From: a virus | Taxonomy: Duplodnaviria; Caudoviricetes | IMG/VR virus record: IMGVR_UViG_3300020042_003020 | Location: 1-27,701 of that record | Direction: 5' to 3' (one strand) | DNA length: 27,701 bases | In this document: positions 24,831 to 27,701 of the stretch, in pieces | Layout: every line of letters starts with the position of its first letter | How positions within the stretch are numbered: position 1 is the first letter of the stretch | Notes under the pieces: model-generated | Database searches by the model: none | What the model was told of the DNA's origin: nothing | The model's input: only the letters and a program-made list of their open reading frames with translations | Made by a program: the position numbers and the translations under genes

Positions 24831-27506
24831 TCAGTTCCTTAAAATGTGCAACAAGGCATCAACGCTAAGATCATCTACGTGCCCGCCGTTAAAAAAGTCA
24901 TCATCCGAATCTTGCGCTTCAAGGTCGCCCGCTGAAGGGGGTACGTAATTGTCCCCAAACAAGTCATACCCGTAAAGGTCTTTGTAAGATTTTATATTAG
25001 CAAGCTGATCTTTACCACTACCACCCATTAGATTGAGTAAATTGGTTTGTTGAGTTTGCTGTTGTTGCGCCAAGTTAGTAATTGCATCAACCGCAGGGTT
25101 TGTAGATGCCGTGGCCGCAGTTTTTGCCGTTGCAGGGGTGGTTGTTTTACCAAGCGCAGGCAGCAAACTAGCTACCGTTTTTGCAACATTTGTACCGGTA
25201 ATAGTTTTAGGTCTTGTTGTAGTTACAGTAGGTCTTGTTGTAGTAACCGTGGGTTTTGTCGTAGTTACAGTAGGTCTTGTTGTAGTAACCGTGGGTTTTG
25301 TCGTAGTTACAGTAGGTTTAGTTGTGGTAACCGTGGGTTTTGTTGTAGTTACAGTAGGTTTAGTTGTGGTAACCGTGGGTTTAGTAGTTGTAATTCCCGT
25401 TTCAGTTCCGGTTGTGGTTCCAGTTCCGGTTGTGGTTCCAGTTCCAGTTGTAGTCGTTTTAGTTGTTCCGGTTCCAGTTGTTTTAGTTGTTCCGGTTCCG
25501 GCAGTCAAACTCTGAATCAAGCTGGTTATGTTACCAACGTTTCCACTGTTTAATATACTGTAAATATCATCTTCAGTGACATTTGTAACAGTAGGTACAA
25601 AATCATCATCAACACTAGGTAGAGTAACGTCTGTGTCTGTGCCTGTTGTAACAGTGGGTACAAAATCATCGTCAACACTAGGTAAAGTAACGTCTGTACC
25701 TGTACCTGTACCTGTACCTGTATCTGTACCTGTTGTAATGGTAGGTACAAAATCATCGTCAACACTAGGTAATGTAATGTCTGTGCCTGTACCCGTACCT
25801 GTACCTGTACCTTCTATAATGGTAGATGAAGAACCATCGCCATCACTAAGCAAACTAGTAAGACCGCCTGTGCCTGTCTCACCGGTTATTAAATTCATAA
25901 TGTCGTCGTTACTTAACCCGCTGTCAATTAAGTCGTCAACGCTAGTAATGCCAATAGATTGCAAGAAGCCATCAGTGCCACCTGCACCGTCAATATAACC
26001 TTCCCCACCGGGGGCAAAGTAACCTTCAATAAATTCCGTGCTGTCAGGGCCATCAACGCCACTGCCACTACCTAAGAAACTGTCCATAGCGCCACTGCCC
26101 ATCAACAGCTTAAGGGGATCAATTCCCTTGCCGCCGCTACCGACAAACTGTTTAGCTGCATTAGCCGCTATTTTTGTTCCGGTTTCACCCAGTATGTCCG
26201 TGATACCTTCCGCGCCAGATACAAAGCTACCCGCCTGTCCGCCAAGGTATGACAACGCTGCGGATTTAAGAATGTCCCCCGGAGGTTTACCAGAAAGTAC
26301 ACCCATCGCAGCCACCGCCATAGGGCCACCAATAGCAGCAAGAGCAATGTTACCGATTGGGCCAAGGTCTTGCATGAGCTTGGCAAAGTCATTAGATGAC
26401 GCGCCAGCAGTGTAAAAAACTGGATTGCCTTTGGCATCAAATTTTACGCCGTACCCAGTGTTGCCCTTACCGGCAAAAGTGCCACCAAAGAAATCACCAG
26501 TTTGACGTTCTCCGTATGTACTACTTACTTCTTGACCTGTTTTCTTATTACCAAATACTTCTTGTTTACCTACAGGCGCAATGTAGGCAGTGCTATCACT
26601 TCCGCTTTCGCCGCCATAAACAGTCTCAGTTTTAACCAAACTAGCGTCAACTGGCTTGCCATCTTGGTCTACGTAACCAATAATTTTTTGCGAATAATAT
26701 TGCTGACCTTCGCTGTCAGTTACCAAGTCACCTTGCCCATATACAGGCTGTACAGCGGCATCAACAGTTTTAGTAACTTTGCCAAAATCTTTAATGCTTG
26801 TAGCGCCTGTGGACGCAATGATCTCTGCCATATCTCTAGCATTGGCTTCAGCCGACCCTTTACCCTCACCAGACCATTTTGAGCTTAAGTTTTGCGCAAG
26901 AATTTGTTTGGTAATTGTGTCTACTGCTGAAGGTTTAGCGGTAGTTGTAGCAGTAGTTTTGGCGGCTGGCAACGATGCAATCCCCGCAGGGGCACTAACT
27001 ACCGGAACAGGCGGTGGAGGTGGTGGAGACGGTGGCGGAGGAGGCGGAGGTGGTGGCTCTGGTGGAGATGGTGGCTCATAAACACGCGCTGGCGGAGGAG
27101 GTGGTGGCGACTCGTCTTGAGGTTTAGCTGTTTGCTCATTAGCAACTTCATTTTGTGCTTGAACAGCCGCAGCAATATTTGGTGAAGATTCCACGCGACC
27201 TTCATTAACCCCGTAATTGGTGTAGTGAAAATCGGCAAACTCTTGTGGACTCATGCCGTAGCTATTGTCTTGGTATGCGTTAGCTACATCTGGGTTGGCA
27301 TTAAAGTACGCAGGCTCTGGAGCAGGGGGAGGTTCTACGCCTGCATTACCAAAATAACCACTAACGTCAGCAACAGAAAATCCAGTAGCGCGAGACAGAT
27401 CTTCCATTGATACGCCAGCCGCCGCCGCTGCTTCTGCAATAGCCGCAGGATTATCTATGTTTGCTTCTACATAAGCGCGTATTTGTTCGTCTGAATACTG
27501 TGCCAT
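24831..27506 (-). CDS. Low-complexity putative virion protein (891 aa) with Pro-rich and Thr-rich repeats
   Basis: Start reassigned to ATG 27506 (TAATG overlap with the upstream gene, GGAAGG RBS). Its stop abuts the next gene. Confidence 0.7.
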   Translation of the reverse strand: MAQYSDEQIRAYVEANIDNPAAIAEAAAAAGVSMEDLSRATGFSVADVSGYFGNAGVEPPPAPEPAYFNANPDVANAYQDNSYGMSPQEFADFHYTNYGVNEGRVESSPNIAAAVQAQNEVANEQTAKPQDESPPPPPPARVYEPPSPPEPPPPPPPPPSPPPPPPVPVVSAPAGIASLPAAKTTATTTAKPSAVDTITKQILAQNLSSKWSGEGKGSAEANARDMAEIIASTGATSIKDFGKVTKTVDAAVQPVYGQGDLVTDSEGQQYYSQKIIGYVDQDGKPVDASLVKTETVYGGESGSDSTAYIAPVGKQEVFGNKKTGQEVSSTYGERQTGDFFGGTFAGKGNTGYGVKFDAKGNPVFYTAGASSNDFAKLMQDLGPIGNIALAAIGGPMAVAAMGVLSGKPPGDILKSAALSYLGGQAGSFVSGAEGITDILGETGTKIAANAAKQFVGSGGKGIDPLKLLMGSGAMDSFLGSGSGVDGPDSTEFIEGYFAPGGEGYIDGAGGTDGFLQSIGITSVDDLIDSGLSNDDIMNLITGETGTGGLTSLLSDGDGSSSTIIEGTGTGTGTGTDITLPSVDDDFVPTITTGTDTGTGTGTGTDVTLPSVDDDFVPTVTTGTDTDVTLPSVDDDFVPTVTNVTEDDIYSILNSGNVGNITSLIQSLTAGTGTTKTTGTGTTKTTTTGTGTTTGTGTTTGTETGITTTKPTVTTTKPTVTTTKPTVTTTKPTVTTTKPTVTTTRPTVTTTKPTVTTTRPTVTTTRPKTITGTNVAKTVASLLPALGKTTTPATAKTAATASTNPAVDAITNLAQQQQTQQTNLLNLMGGSGKDQLANIKSYKDLYGYDLFGDNYVPPSAGDLEAQDSDDDFFNGGHVDDLSVDALLHILRN
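25219..25386 (-). repeat. 21-bp/42-bp higher-order tandem repeat encoding (TTT[KR]PTV)n
   Basis: Four 42-bp units (25219-25260 identical to 25261-25302; 25303-25344 nearly identical to 25345-25386), ~8.7 peptide copies in total. Confidence 0.92.
25585..25812 (-). repeat. Three copies of TD[IV]TLPSVDDDFVPT[IV]T interspersed with (GT)n 6-bp repeats
   Basis: Repeated GGTACAAAATCATC[AG]TCAACACTAGGT and (GTACCT)n on the + strand. Confidence 0.9.
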
Positions 27507-27700
27507 TATCCGACCTTCCAATTTGTGCCGTCAGAATAGACGGGCGTAGCAGTAGCACCACCACTCGCAACGGTTGCTCCAAATACAGGAGCCAAAGCAT
27601 CGGTTACAAAAGACCTTGCGCCCTTGCCTGAAGTGACTGCGCTGGGTAATGTTGCCACTGTGTAGTTAGTCAGAGCAGGAATGATCTCATCCGTCTTTAG
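27506..27700 (-). CDS. C-terminal part of a tail/tail-fibre-associated structural protein, truncated by the window end (not in ORF track)
   Basis: Hand translation ...NYTVATLPSAVTSGKGARSFVTDALAPVFGATVASGGATATPVYSDGTNWKVG*. The YTVATLP...YSDGTNW module is typical of phage tail-appendage proteins. Confidence 0.7.
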   Translation of the reverse strand, partial: LKTDEIIPALTNYTVATLPSAVTSGKGARSFVTDALAPVFGATVASGGATATPVYSDGTNWKVG

Positions 27701-27701
27701 C

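Larger units (their letters stand above)
1..27701. mobile_element. Fragment of a tailed dsDNA bacteriophage genome: early/replication arm on +, convergent virion/ejection arm on -
   Basis: Tightly coupled, overlapping genes. Phage-type PolA, SNF2 helicase, VRR-NUC, Cas4-like nuclease, DUF927 primase and a large polyvalent protein. No host housekeeping genes and no integrase in the window. Confidence 0.95.

Noticed and set aside
24571-25812. Regularly spaced repeats as a possible CRISPR array or DGR template/variable repeat pair
   Set aside because: The repeats are in-frame coding units that vary at synonymous sites. There are no unique constant-length spacers, no adenine-specific variation and no reverse transcriptase.
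23589-27081. Long + strand ORFs antisense to the late genes (e.g. 23589-24284, 25047-25553, 25111-25515, 25576-25998)
   Set aside because: Antisense shadows of low-complexity repeats, with no RBS and biased composition.

Overview
This window looks like a gene-dense fragment of a dsDNA tailed-phage (Caudoviricetes, probably podovirus-like) genome, truncated at both ends. The + strand (1-13674) carries small early genes and then a replication module: DUF3310, VRR-NUC, family A DNA polymerase (Leu at the E. coli 762 position), Cas4/RecB-like nuclease, HNH, SNF2 helicase, putative SSB, HTH, and a primase/DUF927 helicase. The - strand (13671-27701) carries late genes: the end of a tail-associated protein, three low-complexity putative internal virion/ejection proteins, and a 2122-aa polyvalent protein with an HExxH metallopeptidase and an LPD38-like C-terminus. 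Main discoveries: (1) a candidate ~91-nt small RNA at 7271-7361 (5' hairpin, unpaired anti-Shine-Dalgarno UUUUCUCCUCC, terminator) whose seed is complementary to several phage RBSs, while the flanking replication genes lack an SD; (2) a 77-aa gene overprinted inside the polyvalent protein, with an RBS identical over 16 nt to that of a genuine early gene; (3) a recurring [FYM]xxGG motif across the ejection proteins; (4) two small genes missed by the ORF track, one with a beta-clamp-binding-like motif. All calls come from motif recognition by eye and no database searches were run. A Betaproteobacterial host is only a weak inference.
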